A model generated the notes under the pieces. The model was not told the origin of the DNA and ran no database searches. It was given only the letters and a program-made list of their open reading frames with translations. The position numbers and the translations under genes are program-made. Positions 30,222 to 38,516 of a DNA stretch of 64,000 nt are shown piece by piece; position 1 is the stretch's first letter; the number at the start of each line of letters is the position of its first letter. Origin of the DNA: an uncultured Candidatus Saccharibacteria bacterium (GTDB lineage: Bacteria; Patescibacteriota; UBA1384; XYA2-FULL-43-10; 1-14-0-10-43-13). The DNA lies in contig CAZIYE010000001.1 in assembly GCA_964543385.1 (NCBI GenBank), positions 127,143 through 191,142 on the forward strand, written 5' to 3'.

Positions 30222-30912
30222 GGTGTTCTCCCGCTGTATGGTGGCGACCCGCTCGATTGTGAATTTTTTTATTACCGAGCAAACAAGATAGAAAAGTGTA
30301 AATTCAGGCGCTCAAAAGCGCCGTTTAAGCGTAATTTCTACTCTCTTTGCTCAGTAATACTATTTAATTGTTAAGGTACTTTGTGCTCATATTCACCCTT
30401 TTAGGGTAAACAAAAGGCGACACTGTTCTGCATAACTCGATAGGCGGAGGGGGAACCTATTTCCCTGATAAATCAGGGAAGTTGAGCTATGCAGGACGCT
30501 GCCGCCTGCATATTGACCACTTATATTAGATACTGACTCTGTTTCCTCCATCGTGCAGTTGTCTATTATTAGTTGTCTTTGGGATTGTTTTGATACTTGC
30601 TCGGCCACTTTCCTAACCGTGCATATTTATATTATACAATATTTATTTTAATTTGTCAATAGATATTGATACTTTCTGTGACAATATGCTGGCAATCCAT
30701 ACGGCCGGAGGGGGGGGCCGTATCTACAATTAAATGCTAGGATTACCAACATGCTGGCACAGACTTAATACAAATCAGACTCATAATTTGTTACTATTTA
30801 TTCCTCCTGAGAATTCCACCTCGCCTACCCTCAGAACATCGCATTGTAACATAACAAAAATACTTTGTCAAGACGAATCCCAACAAAGTATTTATATCAG
30901 ATTAAAACAGCA

Positions 30913-31206
30913 CTACAAATTGGAAATTTCGTCTCTGATTCTTTTTAGCTCGAAGCTTTTGTCTACTTCACTCTCTATATTATCCAGCTCCTCTAAAGAT
31001 TTCTTTATCTGCAGTAGCTCTGTTATATAGGCTTTATTTATATTATTACTCAGCTCTATATACTCTTCAACAAGATTCACATAATACTCACCCTGATCCT
31101 CTTTCGTCCATTCGGAGTTAATAAATGTCTTGAGAAGCGCTTTAGCTTCATCGTATTTCCCTTGGCTAAGCAATTCGTTAAATTGAACATTATCTAAATT
31201 TGGCAT
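30913..31206 (-). CDS. hypothetical protein
   Basis: 97-aa helical ORF. Confidence 0.35.
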   Translation of the reverse strand: MPNLDNVQFNELLSQGKYDEAKALLKTFINSEWTKEDQGEYYVNLVEEYIELSNNINKAYITELLQIKKSLEELDNIESEVDKSFELKRIRDEISNL

Positions 31207-31225
31207 AATTTGCCTTTCATAAAAA

Positions 31226-32536
31226 TTAAATAGTTTTGACTGCTTGAGTTCTTCCTAGCATCAATGTCAGTTGTGCTGCTCTAGGTGAACTCTTCTCCGC
31301 AACTGGTATTGCTGTAAGCTCAGCCTGTATGACACTCTCCATCATATCTCTGGCTGCCTTGTTACTGATATTGGCATGGAGAAAGTTATTAAATTGTCCC
31401 ATTTTTGTAGTGCTGATAGCCCTTGCGTCTTTACCCAGATCAGCTGATGACGTAACTTCTCTTTTATAAACCTCAGTCATCATTTTTTGCATTTCTGCAT
31501 CAAATGCTGGATCGCTACCGCCCCATACATCACCCATTTCATCTAGAGTTGAAGCTGCATCATCGGTATCGAATACCTTATCTTTAGCTTTTTTGCCCGG
31601 ACCCTTGATGATGGCATCTTTTGCTATCTTTAAGAGAGTATCGCGTAGAGTATCAAAATCCTCTAGGTTATCCAATATCTCTTTGCGGGTAACACCAATT
31701 TGTTCAGTAAGGGTAGCTTTCTCCGTTGCTTTGACAGCGATATCTTTACTAGCCTCTGCTAGTCCCTTGATCCTTTCATCTAATTTTTTCTGAGAAAGTT
31801 CATATTGCTGTTTTTCAGCAAGCTCTCCATCTGACAATCTTTGTCTACCAAAAGATCTTAGAGTATTTTTAAATCTACCCCACCCGTTGAATCTTTCTTT
31901 ACCGATTTTATCTTTAGCATCAGTATAAGCTGTTTCATTACCTGTTCTTACATCTGCCCCCTTATCCGCTTGAAGCTGCCAAGCAGCAGCAGTCTCAGTA
32001 AGACCCTCTTGAGTTAATTGGTGGTCCTTCAATTTATATTTAGATTTTAATTCCTGATCAATCTTCTTTGCATCATCAGTAAATTTATTGAAATCATCAA
32101 TCAGTTTCATATATTTCTCAGCGAAGTCCGGATCAGTTGCAGCCTTTTTGCCGAGATGAGATTCTATAGCATCACTAGCCTCCTTGAGGTTATCACCTTG
32201 AATAATCTTTAGCTTGCCTACAAATTCGTCAGACAAGAATTTCTTGAATTTATCCAAGGCAGGCTTAATCTTTGTATCATAATTTTCTGCCCAACTTGCA
32301 ATCTCAGTAATATTGCCAGCCCCTGCTAAATAAGCGTTCATATCCAGGCTCTTTTCTTTTTGCGCTCTTGCCTGAACATATGCAAAAAAACCAGGGTCTC
32401 CGAGCTTGGCCTCGACATTTGCCTGGTCATATAGATTTGCATTTTCAGTGGAAATATTCCCCATCTCCTGACGAACGTCAGCCTCTGGAAGACTTTGAGC
32501 GCTTGGTACATCGACACTATATTTTCCCTCTACCAT
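31226..32536 (-). CDS. hypothetical coiled-coil protein
   Basis: 436 aa, K/D/E/A-rich and helical. Confidence 0.4.
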   Translation of the reverse strand: MVEGKYSVDVPSAQSLPEADVRQEMGNISTENANLYDQANVEAKLGDPGFFAYVQARAQKEKSLDMNAYLAGAGNITEIASWAENYDTKIKPALDKFKKFLSDEFVGKLKIIQGDNLKEASDAIESHLGKKAATDPDFAEKYMKLIDDFNKFTDDAKKIDQELKSKYKLKDHQLTQEGLTETAAAWQLQADKGADVRTGNETAYTDAKDKIGKERFNGWGRFKNTLRSFGRQRLSDGELAEKQQYELSQKKLDERIKGLAEASKDIAVKATEKATLTEQIGVTRKEILDNLEDFDTLRDTLLKIAKDAIIKGPGKKAKDKVFDTDDAASTLDEMGDVWGGSDPAFDAEMQKMMTEVYKREVTSSADLGKDARAISTTKMGQFNNFLHANISNKAARDMMESVIQAELTAIPVAEKSSPRAAQLTLMLGRTQAVKTI

Positions 32537-32605
32537 ATCACCTCCGAATTATATTTATGATTATTATCACAAAAATAATTAGATAGTGTCAAATAAATGA
32601 GACTA

Positions 32606-33739
32606 TTATTTCTTCAGTTCTTTCATTAGATATAGGTATTGCCAAAGATTATGAAGTGTAGTCAGCCGTAATCCTAATATTTCTTTAGATCTTAAAAGGT
32701 GTGAAATATATGCTTTGCTAAATCCTTTACCATTTTTACAAGACGGACAGGCACAATCTATGTCTATTACATCAGAGTCAGTGCGATATTGAGAATTCAA
32801 AAGATTAATAAGTTTATATTCGTCCCCTTCTACTTTCCCCGCTCCCCTTTCTGCTTTTACATAGACATTCCCATGTCTAGCAAGCCGCGTTGGTAAAACA
32901 CAATCAAACATATCCATCCCAAGTTTTGTGGCTTTAATTATATCATCGGGAGTACCGACACCCATCAGATATCGCTGTTTTTTTTCTGGTAGCATCTCAC
33001 CCATTTGTTTCACAATATCCCACATTTCCCGTGTCTCTAAGTCAACTGCAAGACCGCCAACTGAGTAACCATCAAAATCAAGCGCTATTAGTTCTTTTGC
33101 TGATTTTTCTCTTAGATCTGGATAAAGTCCACCTTGGACAATACCATGAAGCAACGGACGCTTCTCCACCGGTAAATCTTTTATTTGTAAATCAAAATAT
33201 TCTTTTGCTCTCTTCGCCCAGACAGTTGTCAGTCTGATAGCTTCTTCCACAATCTTTTTGGAAGCGTTTCCGCTCGGACAAACATCGAGAGGCATTAATA
33301 TATCAACTCCCAGATCTAGTTGTATTTGAATAACTTTTTCGGGAGTAAATAAGTGTTTACTACCATCAAGAAATGATTTGAATTCCACGCCATCCTCAGT
33401 AATCTTGACTAAGGAAGCATCTTTTTTGTTTCCCCTATCACTAAGAGAAAACACTTGATAGCCACCGGAGTCAGTGAGAATAGGGCGATCCCATTTCATA
33501 AAATTATGAAGCCCTCCTAATTCCTTTATCAATTTCTCACCTGGTCGGAGATACAGATGATAAGTATTGGATAAAACAATTTGAGCCCCCAGATTTTCCA
33601 ACTCTTCTGGAGAAACAGATTTCACACTGCCAACCGTACCGACAGGCATGAAAAAAGGCGTCTCGATCTTACCGTGAGGTGTATCAAGCTCGCCGATACG
33701 AACACCATTATCTAATTTTTGTATAAGTTTAAAAGACAT
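32606..33739 (-). CDS. tgt: queuine tRNA-ribosyltransferase (tRNA-guanine transglycosylase)
   Basis: FMPVGT, LTDSGGYQVFSL and the zinc site CACPSC ... H. Confidence 0.85.
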   Translation of the reverse strand: MSFKLIQKLDNGVRIGELDTPHGKIETPFFMPVGTVGSVKSVSPEELENLGAQIVLSNTYHLYLRPGEKLIKELGGLHNFMKWDRPILTDSGGYQVFSLSDRGNKKDASLVKITEDGVEFKSFLDGSKHLFTPEKVIQIQLDLGVDILMPLDVCPSGNASKKIVEEAIRLTTVWAKRAKEYFDLQIKDLPVEKRPLLHGIVQGGLYPDLREKSAKELIALDFDGYSVGGLAVDLETREMWDIVKQMGEMLPEKKQRYLMGVGTPDDIIKATKLGMDMFDCVLPTRLARHGNVYVKAERGAGKVEGDEYKLINLLNSQYRTDSDVIDIDCACPSCKNGKGFSKAYISHLLRSKEILGLRLTTLHNLWQYLYLMKELKK

Positions 33740-33808
33740 ATTTGTTTTGTTGTGTGGTCAGGTCCTCCAAAGGAGGAGGGCCTGACCACGGAAGACCGAC
33801 GATGTATC

Positions 33809-34162
33809 TTATATCAGTTCACTGCTGACACAGCAGAGGTCGATGACCTCTTGTCCGATCTGACGAATAACCGTCGCGTACTCGTCATCGCCGAAATCGG
33901 ACGAGCCGATCCACTGAATCTGGGCACCGATTGCCTCAGCAATCTTAACCGCCGTGTGGAAACTGCCAATCAGCTCTTCAGTTGGTGCATTCCGACAAAT
34001 CGAAGCCGGAACTGACTCCAAGCAAGCTGCCAGAACCTCAAGCGGTAGCATGCGGCTACCCAGACTTGACGTGCTTTCGACTCCGTAGATATCGTCATGT
34101 AGACGACGACGAAGCACATAAAGCGCATCTTGAAACCCATTAATGGCATCCATAAGTGCCAC
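33809..34162 (-). CDS. hypothetical protein on a GC-elevated patch
   Basis: 117-aa ORF with GC near 54%. Confidence 0.3.
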   Translation of the reverse strand: MALMDAINGFQDALYVLRRRLHDDIYGVESTSSLGSRMLPLEVLAACLESVPASICRNAPTEELIGSFHTAVKIAEAIGAQIQWIGSSDFGDDEYATVIRQIGQEVIDLCCVSSELI

Positions 34163-34206
34163 CTCCTAACATTTTTATAACATTTTTAGCAAAGATTGTC
34201 CATGAC

Positions 34207-34247
34207 AGAGTCCGCCACGAAAAAAGAGCCCTTGCGGACTCTTTTTC
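34207..34247. terminator. terminator-like hairpin between rplL and the downstream gene
   Basis: AGAGTCCGC...GCGGACTCT 9-bp stem with T-runs on both sides. Confidence 0.35.
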
Positions 34248-34279
34248 CAATATTCAAGACTCTATATTATAGACTCTGA

Positions 34280-34684
34280 CTATTTCATTTCGACAGTTGC
34301 GCCAGCAGCTTCAAGTTTTGCTTTTGCAGCTTCAGCATCTTCTTTTTTAGCACCCTTTAGAACTTCTTTTGGAGCACCATCAACAAGATCTTTTGCTTCT
34401 TTAAGACCTAGATCAGGTTTGATCTCTCGAACAGCCTTAATAACATTGATCTTCTGAGCACCAGCGGCAGACAAGATAACATCGAAAGATGTTTTCTCTT
34501 CAACAGCTTCAGCAGGAGCAGCAGCACCACCAGCAACCATGGCAACTGGAGCAGCAGCAGATACGCCGAATTTCTCTTCAAGAACTTTTACAAGCTCTGC
34601 AAGGTCAAGAACTGATAGGTTCTCAATCTTTTCTACTAGTTCCTTGAATTTCTCAGGAACAACAACTTCTTTTTTCTCTTCCAT
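34280..34684 (-). CDS. rplL: 50S ribosomal protein L7/L12
   Basis: Ala/Glu-rich hinge and a conserved C-terminal domain ([26 protein letters not shown]). Confidence 0.9.
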   Translation of the reverse strand: MEEKKEVVVPEKFKELVEKIENLSVLDLAELVKVLEEKFGVSAAAPVAMVAGGAAAPAEAVEEKTSFDVILSAAGAQKINVIKAVREIKPDLGLKEAKDLVDGAPKEVLKGAKKEDAEAAKAKLEAAGATVEMK

Positions 34685-34736
34685 TGTAAACCCTTTACTT
34701 AAATATTTATTAATAAAATACTAACTTACTTATTTT

Positions 34737-35258
34737 TTAAGCTTTTTTCTCTTTATAAGAATTCAATACATTTACCAAACCACGGATATTGCCTGCCAAT
34801 ACGTTGACCATCCCGGACAATGGTGCTGATATTGAACCGACCATCTTTGCCAATAATTCCTCTCGACTAGGAAGCAATGCAAGTCTTTTAACAGCTGATG
34901 CGTCAATCATCTTTTTTTCCAAGATACCAGCAAGAATTTCAATTGCTTCATGTTTCTTTGCAAAAAGATCGATTTCCTTTGCAGGTGCAACTTCATCTTC
35001 CATTGCGAAAGCAATCGCTACAGGTTTTTTGAAGATATTCTCATCAAATTCAATACCATGCTTTTTCAATGCGATTTTAACCAAGGTATTTTTTGCAACA
35101 TTGAATTGAACACCCTTTGCTCTCAAGATATTTCTCAGTTCTTCTGTTTCATTAACCTTCAAACCTTTATAGTCAACAATAACTGCAGATTTAGCAATCT
35201 GTAATTGACCATCTAACTTTGAAATTAACTCTTCTTTTTTTTGCTTTGTTTTTGCCAT
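34737..35258 (-). CDS. rplJ: 50S ribosomal protein L10
   Basis: Typical L10 N-terminus (KSAVIVDYKGLKVNETEELR); located directly upstream of rplL. Confidence 0.85.
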   Translation of the reverse strand: MAKTKQKKEELISKLDGQLQIAKSAVIVDYKGLKVNETEELRNILRAKGVQFNVAKNTLVKIALKKHGIEFDENIFKKPVAIAFAMEDEVAPAKEIDLFAKKHEAIEILAGILEKKMIDASAVKRLALLPSREELLAKMVGSISAPLSGMVNVLAGNIRGLVNVLNSYKEKKA

Positions 35259-35454
35259 TTTTTATCCGTATTTTTAAATATTAATAATTCTTAACAAAAA
35301 ATCCTGCGACCAACGCAGGAAATAATAATTAAACTCTATAGCTCAGAACCTATAACTTTTAATTATCCTGCACGAGACTTACTTCAGATGAATGCTTGTG
35401 GTCATTGGGATAAAATTACTATAGCAAAAAGTGGTATAGACGTCAACAGTTTCA

Positions 35455-35488
35455 AAAACCGCCCATGCAGCAATGCTTGAGCGGTTTT
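35455..35488 (-). promoter_or_regulatory. rplA-rplJ intercistronic hairpin (attenuator/terminator in the L10 leader region)
   Basis: On the minus strand AAAACCGC...GCGGTTTT is followed by a U-run. The position corresponds to the known L10-leader regulatory region of rplKAJL operons. Confidence 0.45.
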
Positions 35489-35508
35489 CTTTAGAACTTT
35501 ATAACTTT

Positions 35509-36336
35509 CTACTTCTTCGCAACCTTGATACCAGGACCCATGGTTGTCGATAGATAAATCGAATCAATTCTTTTAGGCAGGTGATCAATAATTGCCACAA
35601 AATTCTGTTTCATTCTATCTGCGCCAAACGATATTTTACCGATAGTCATATGAACAACATTCAATTTATCAGCTCTAAATTCAACTTTACCCCCCTTTAA
35701 TTCTGCTGCTGCTTTTTTAACATCAGGAACTACGGTACCAGCTTTTGGAGAAGGCATTAGGCCTTTAGGACCTAAAACTTTAGCTAGTTGTGCTAATTTT
35801 GGCATTACCTTCATATCAGCAATCATAACATCAAAATCGATTTTTCCAGCTTTGATATTGACTATAACCTCTTCTACATTATCTTCAATAACTTCCAATA
35901 CTTTTTTCTCTTTGGTTACGCCACCTGGCAAGATTACCATGCCACGAGTATTTTTTTCCTTGATGTTTAATTTGACATGCATTTCTACGGTTGCATCAAA
36001 CTTTGAAGGATTTGTTTCGAGGGCAAGAGCAATAGCCTCATCTACAGAATATTCTTTATCTTTTTCAACCTTTTCAGCGATTTGGCGATATTTTTTGCCA
36101 TGTCTAGGCTTTACCCTTTGCTGTACTTTTCTAGCAATTTTTTCCTCACGCTCTTCTGCTTTTTCCTTCTTCTCTTCTGCTTTCTTTTCTTCCTTCTCAG
36201 CTTCTTCTTGCATCTTGCGCAATTTCTCACGCTCTTCTGCTTGTTTTAGAACCTCTTTTTCCGAAAGTTCGACAGTTGCTTCTTGTACAACCTCTTCTAG
36301 GACTTTCTCTTCCTTTTTCACATCTTTCTTAACCAT
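35509..36336 (-). CDS. rplA: 50S ribosomal protein L1 with a roughly 70-aa Lys/Glu-rich N-terminal extension
   Basis: L1 core (GMVILPGG..., GPKGLMPSPKAGTV). The N-terminal about 70 aa is a KEEK/AEEKKEK low-complexity region that typical L1 lacks. A candidate promoter TTGTCA-17-TATAAG lies upstream. Confidence 0.85.
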   Translation of the reverse strand: MVKKDVKKEEKVLEEVVQEATVELSEKEVLKQAEEREKLRKMQEEAEKEEKKAEEKKEKAEEREEKIARKVQQRVKPRHGKKYRQIAEKVEKDKEYSVDEAIALALETNPSKFDATVEMHVKLNIKEKNTRGMVILPGGVTKEKKVLEVIEDNVEEVIVNIKAGKIDFDVMIADMKVMPKLAQLAKVLGPKGLMPSPKAGTVVPDVKKAAAELKGGKVEFRADKLNVVHMTIGKISFGADRMKQNFVAIIDHLPKRIDSIYLSTTMGPGIKVAKK

Positions 36337-36462
36337 TTTTCTCCTTTGTGGTACAAGCGTCCAAAAGATTAGACTCCCACTTAATTTAGTAATACTTTAT
36401 TCTTATAACAAAAAAACTGTTTTTTGACAAGGAAATCCCCCGCTATATAGCGAGGGATAGGT

Positions 36463-36547
36463 TGGTCGGGGCCCCCAGAATCGAACTGGGAAATCTGCAG
36501 AGGATACTTTTGTATCTTGCAGCGCAACTTCCTGTTGCCAGGCCCTG
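36463..36547 (-). tRNA. tRNA-like gene with an expanded 18-nt anticodon loop (intron-containing tRNA, pseudo-tRNA or tRNA-like element)
   Basis: The minus-strand sequence CAGGGCC-TG-GCAA..TTGC-G-CTGCA[18 nt]TGCAG-ATTT-CCCAG-TTCGATT-CTGGG-GGCCCCG-A-CCA folds into a canonical acceptor (6/7 bp), D-arm, T-arm (TTCGATT loop) and an encoded CCA. The anticodon stem, however, encloses 18 nt instead of 7. Confidence 0.45.
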
Positions 36548-36578
36548 AAAAAACAAAAATCCGCGACTGTCGCGGATT
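36547..36578 (-). terminator. rho-independent terminator downstream of pth
   Basis: On the minus strand ATCCGCGAC-AG-TCGCGGAT is followed by TTTTTGTTTTTT. Confidence 0.65.
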
Positions 36579-36609
36579 AGTTGCTCGGAGTTAAATTTGA
36601 TTTTAAAAA

Positions 36610-37272
36610 TTACTGTGAATCAAATTTCACTTCAAGCGTATGAGCCGGAATTTCTGTCTTACTACCGAGAAATGGCATGATATATTTGATAATTTCTTCT
36701 ATCATACTTTTTAGAACTGGCTTTTCTCTCTGGTTAAATTTTGACAATACAAAATCGGCAGTATCAATATTGTTCATTATTGGCTCTGGCTTGTCAGCGT
36801 CTCCACCGATGGCATTTATACCAATACGGATACGCAGAAAGCTATTGTCCCCCAACAAATCAATAATGTTTTGCAAACCTTTTTGCCCGCCACTAGAACC
36901 CTCATGACGGATACGTGCTGTGCCAAGTGGCAAGTCTTTATCATCAGATATTACTATCAGATCAGAAATATCCATTTTGTAAAATGACATTATTTTTTGA
37001 ACTGCTTGTCCAGAAAGGTTCATATAAGTCTGAGGTTTTACTAAAATTAACTTCTCACCCTTATATAAAGTCTCTGCGATCATAGAATCAAACTTATCTG
37101 ATTTCTGGAAATTAATGCATTCCCCATCCATCATCAATTCGTCATCGCAAATAATTTGATCAAGAAAATAGAAGCCGGCATTGTGACGAGTTCCTTCATA
37201 CTGTTTACCTGGATTTCCTAAACCAACGATTAATTTCATTATTTTCCATTCATCATTTTTTACATTTTTCAT
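36610..37272 (-). CDS. pth: peptidyl-tRNA hydrolase
   Basis: MKLIVGLGNPG...RHNAGF signature. The conserved start is probably the internal ATG at 37239; the ORF as called has an 11-aa extension. Confidence 0.85.
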   Translation of the reverse strand: MKNVKNDEWKIMKLIVGLGNPGKQYEGTRHNAGFYFLDQIICDDELMMDGECINFQKSDKFDSMIAETLYKGEKLILVKPQTYMNLSGQAVQKIMSFYKMDISDLIVISDDKDLPLGTARIRHEGSSGGQKGLQNIIDLLGDNSFLRIRIGINAIGGDADKPEPIMNNIDTADFVLSKFNQREKPVLKSMIEEIIKYIMPFLGSKTEIPAHTLEVKFDSQ

Positions 37273-37335
37273 TAATTTATCATTTCATTATTTTCCATTT
37301 AAATGGGTAATGAAAAACGATCAATGAGCAATTGA

Positions 37336-37641
37336 TTATAGCCCTGGTATCCCTAGTCCCCCCGCAACATCCTTCATTTTCTCTGCAGCGACAGCTTGCG
37401 CTCTAGAGATTGCCTGAGAGATAGAATTTTTCAAATCTTTCTCAAGCTCTCTTTTATTTTCTGGACGAAGAGCATCCTCAGAAATCTGAATCTCAGTTAG
37501 ATGCTGCTCACCATTGAATACAACTGTTACCCATCCATCATTGCTGGAAGCTTCTACCTCGATATCCTTCAACTCTTTTTGGATTGCTTTTGCTTTTTTC
37601 TGTAATGCGTACAAATCTTTAATCTTGCCAAAATCCACCAT
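37336..37641 (-). CDS. ybaB: YbaB/EbfC nucleoid-associated protein
   Basis: 101 aa; the family shows in the pattern ...LQKKAKAIQKELKD...VTVVFNGEQHLTEIQISEDAL... Confidence 0.8.
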   Translation of the reverse strand: MVDFGKIKDLYALQKKAKAIQKELKDIEVEASSNDGWVTVVFNGEQHLTEIQISEDALRPENKRELEKDLKNSISQAISRAQAVAAEKMKDVAGGLGIPGL

Positions 37642-37724
37642 CTGTCTCCTTAGTAACTTACTTAATAATTTATTAAATTTACTTATATATTTTTACAATC
37701 TTGTCCAAATATTTTTCCGGTTGC

Positions 37725-38498
37725 TCATCTCTTGAAAAGTTTTGATAGAGCAAAAATAATAATACTGAAAACAAAGGCTAAAATCAACAACAGGAGTATC
37801 GGGGATAGTAATACTAATATGCGATCAGTTGGAAAATTGACCATCTCCAAAAAGCTAAACTTAAAATAAAAAATTATGGCAGCTAAAAATATGAGTAGCA
37901 ACGCTGGAATCAAAATATTTTTCATGTCCTGTTTACTAGGAGTCATTGTAACCGCAACAGAAAGAGCTAGATAAATAATTATCCAATTTTTATAATCAGA
38001 TAGATTTATAGCGGAAACTAAATTCTTAAAATAACTTATTAGATCTTGATACTTGAAAGCAATAACATTTAAATCATATTCCTTCATACCAATCCAGCTT
38101 GAGAGGAAATAAATTGCGACAACTCCGGCAGCAAATGGAGCAATAGATATAAGGACTGGACCAATCACTGGTATTTTTGAAGATTCATGCTCTACACTAC
38201 CACCGTCCTTGTCAAATAAAGAAATGCTTTTTATCTTTGCGCCAGTCAAAAAGCAAAGAAGTGCATGAGACAATTCATGCAAAATTACACCTGGCGATAC
38301 AAAAAGGCGATACCCTAATCCTAAAAATGAATTAACAAGAAGACGATCAATCGCAAAAGAGATAAATAATATCAACAAAATACAAATCATGAGCTCCACT
38401 TCCCTAGACTGGAAATCAAATTTTAGAATAGGCCAAGAGAACCCATCTAATAACTCAGAGAAATAACTACTGATATTATCAATGTATGAATTTATCAT
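37725..38498 (-). CDS. polytopic membrane protein with an HExxH metalloprotease-like motif
   Basis: HELSH lies inside a TM segment (VILHELSHALLCF); several TM helices. Confidence 0.45.
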   Translation of the reverse strand: MINSYIDNISSYFSELLDGFSWPILKFDFQSREVELMICILLILFISFAIDRLLVNSFLGLGYRLFVSPGVILHELSHALLCFLTGAKIKSISLFDKDGGSVEHESSKIPVIGPVLISIAPFAAGVVAIYFLSSWIGMKEYDLNVIAFKYQDLISYFKNLVSAINLSDYKNWIIIYLALSVAVTMTPSKQDMKNILIPALLLIFLAAIIFYFKFSFLEMVNFPTDRILVLLSPILLLLILAFVFSIIIFALSKLFKR

Positions 38499-38516
38499 AT
38501 ACCCTCCAGATAGTTT

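Noticed and set aside
35852-36427. 191-aa plus-strand ORF (S/F/T-rich) antisense to rplA.
   Set aside because: It is low-complexity, lies entirely within and antisense to a confidently identified ribosomal protein gene, and has no RBS. It is a spurious shadow ORF.
37226-37300. 18-nt direct repeat (ATTTCATTATTTTCCATT) occurring twice, 55 bp apart, around the pth start region.
   Set aside because: It is a short AT-rich repeat with no associated ORF or mobile-element signature. It is probably a local duplication creating two alternative pth start contexts, and evidence for function is insufficient.
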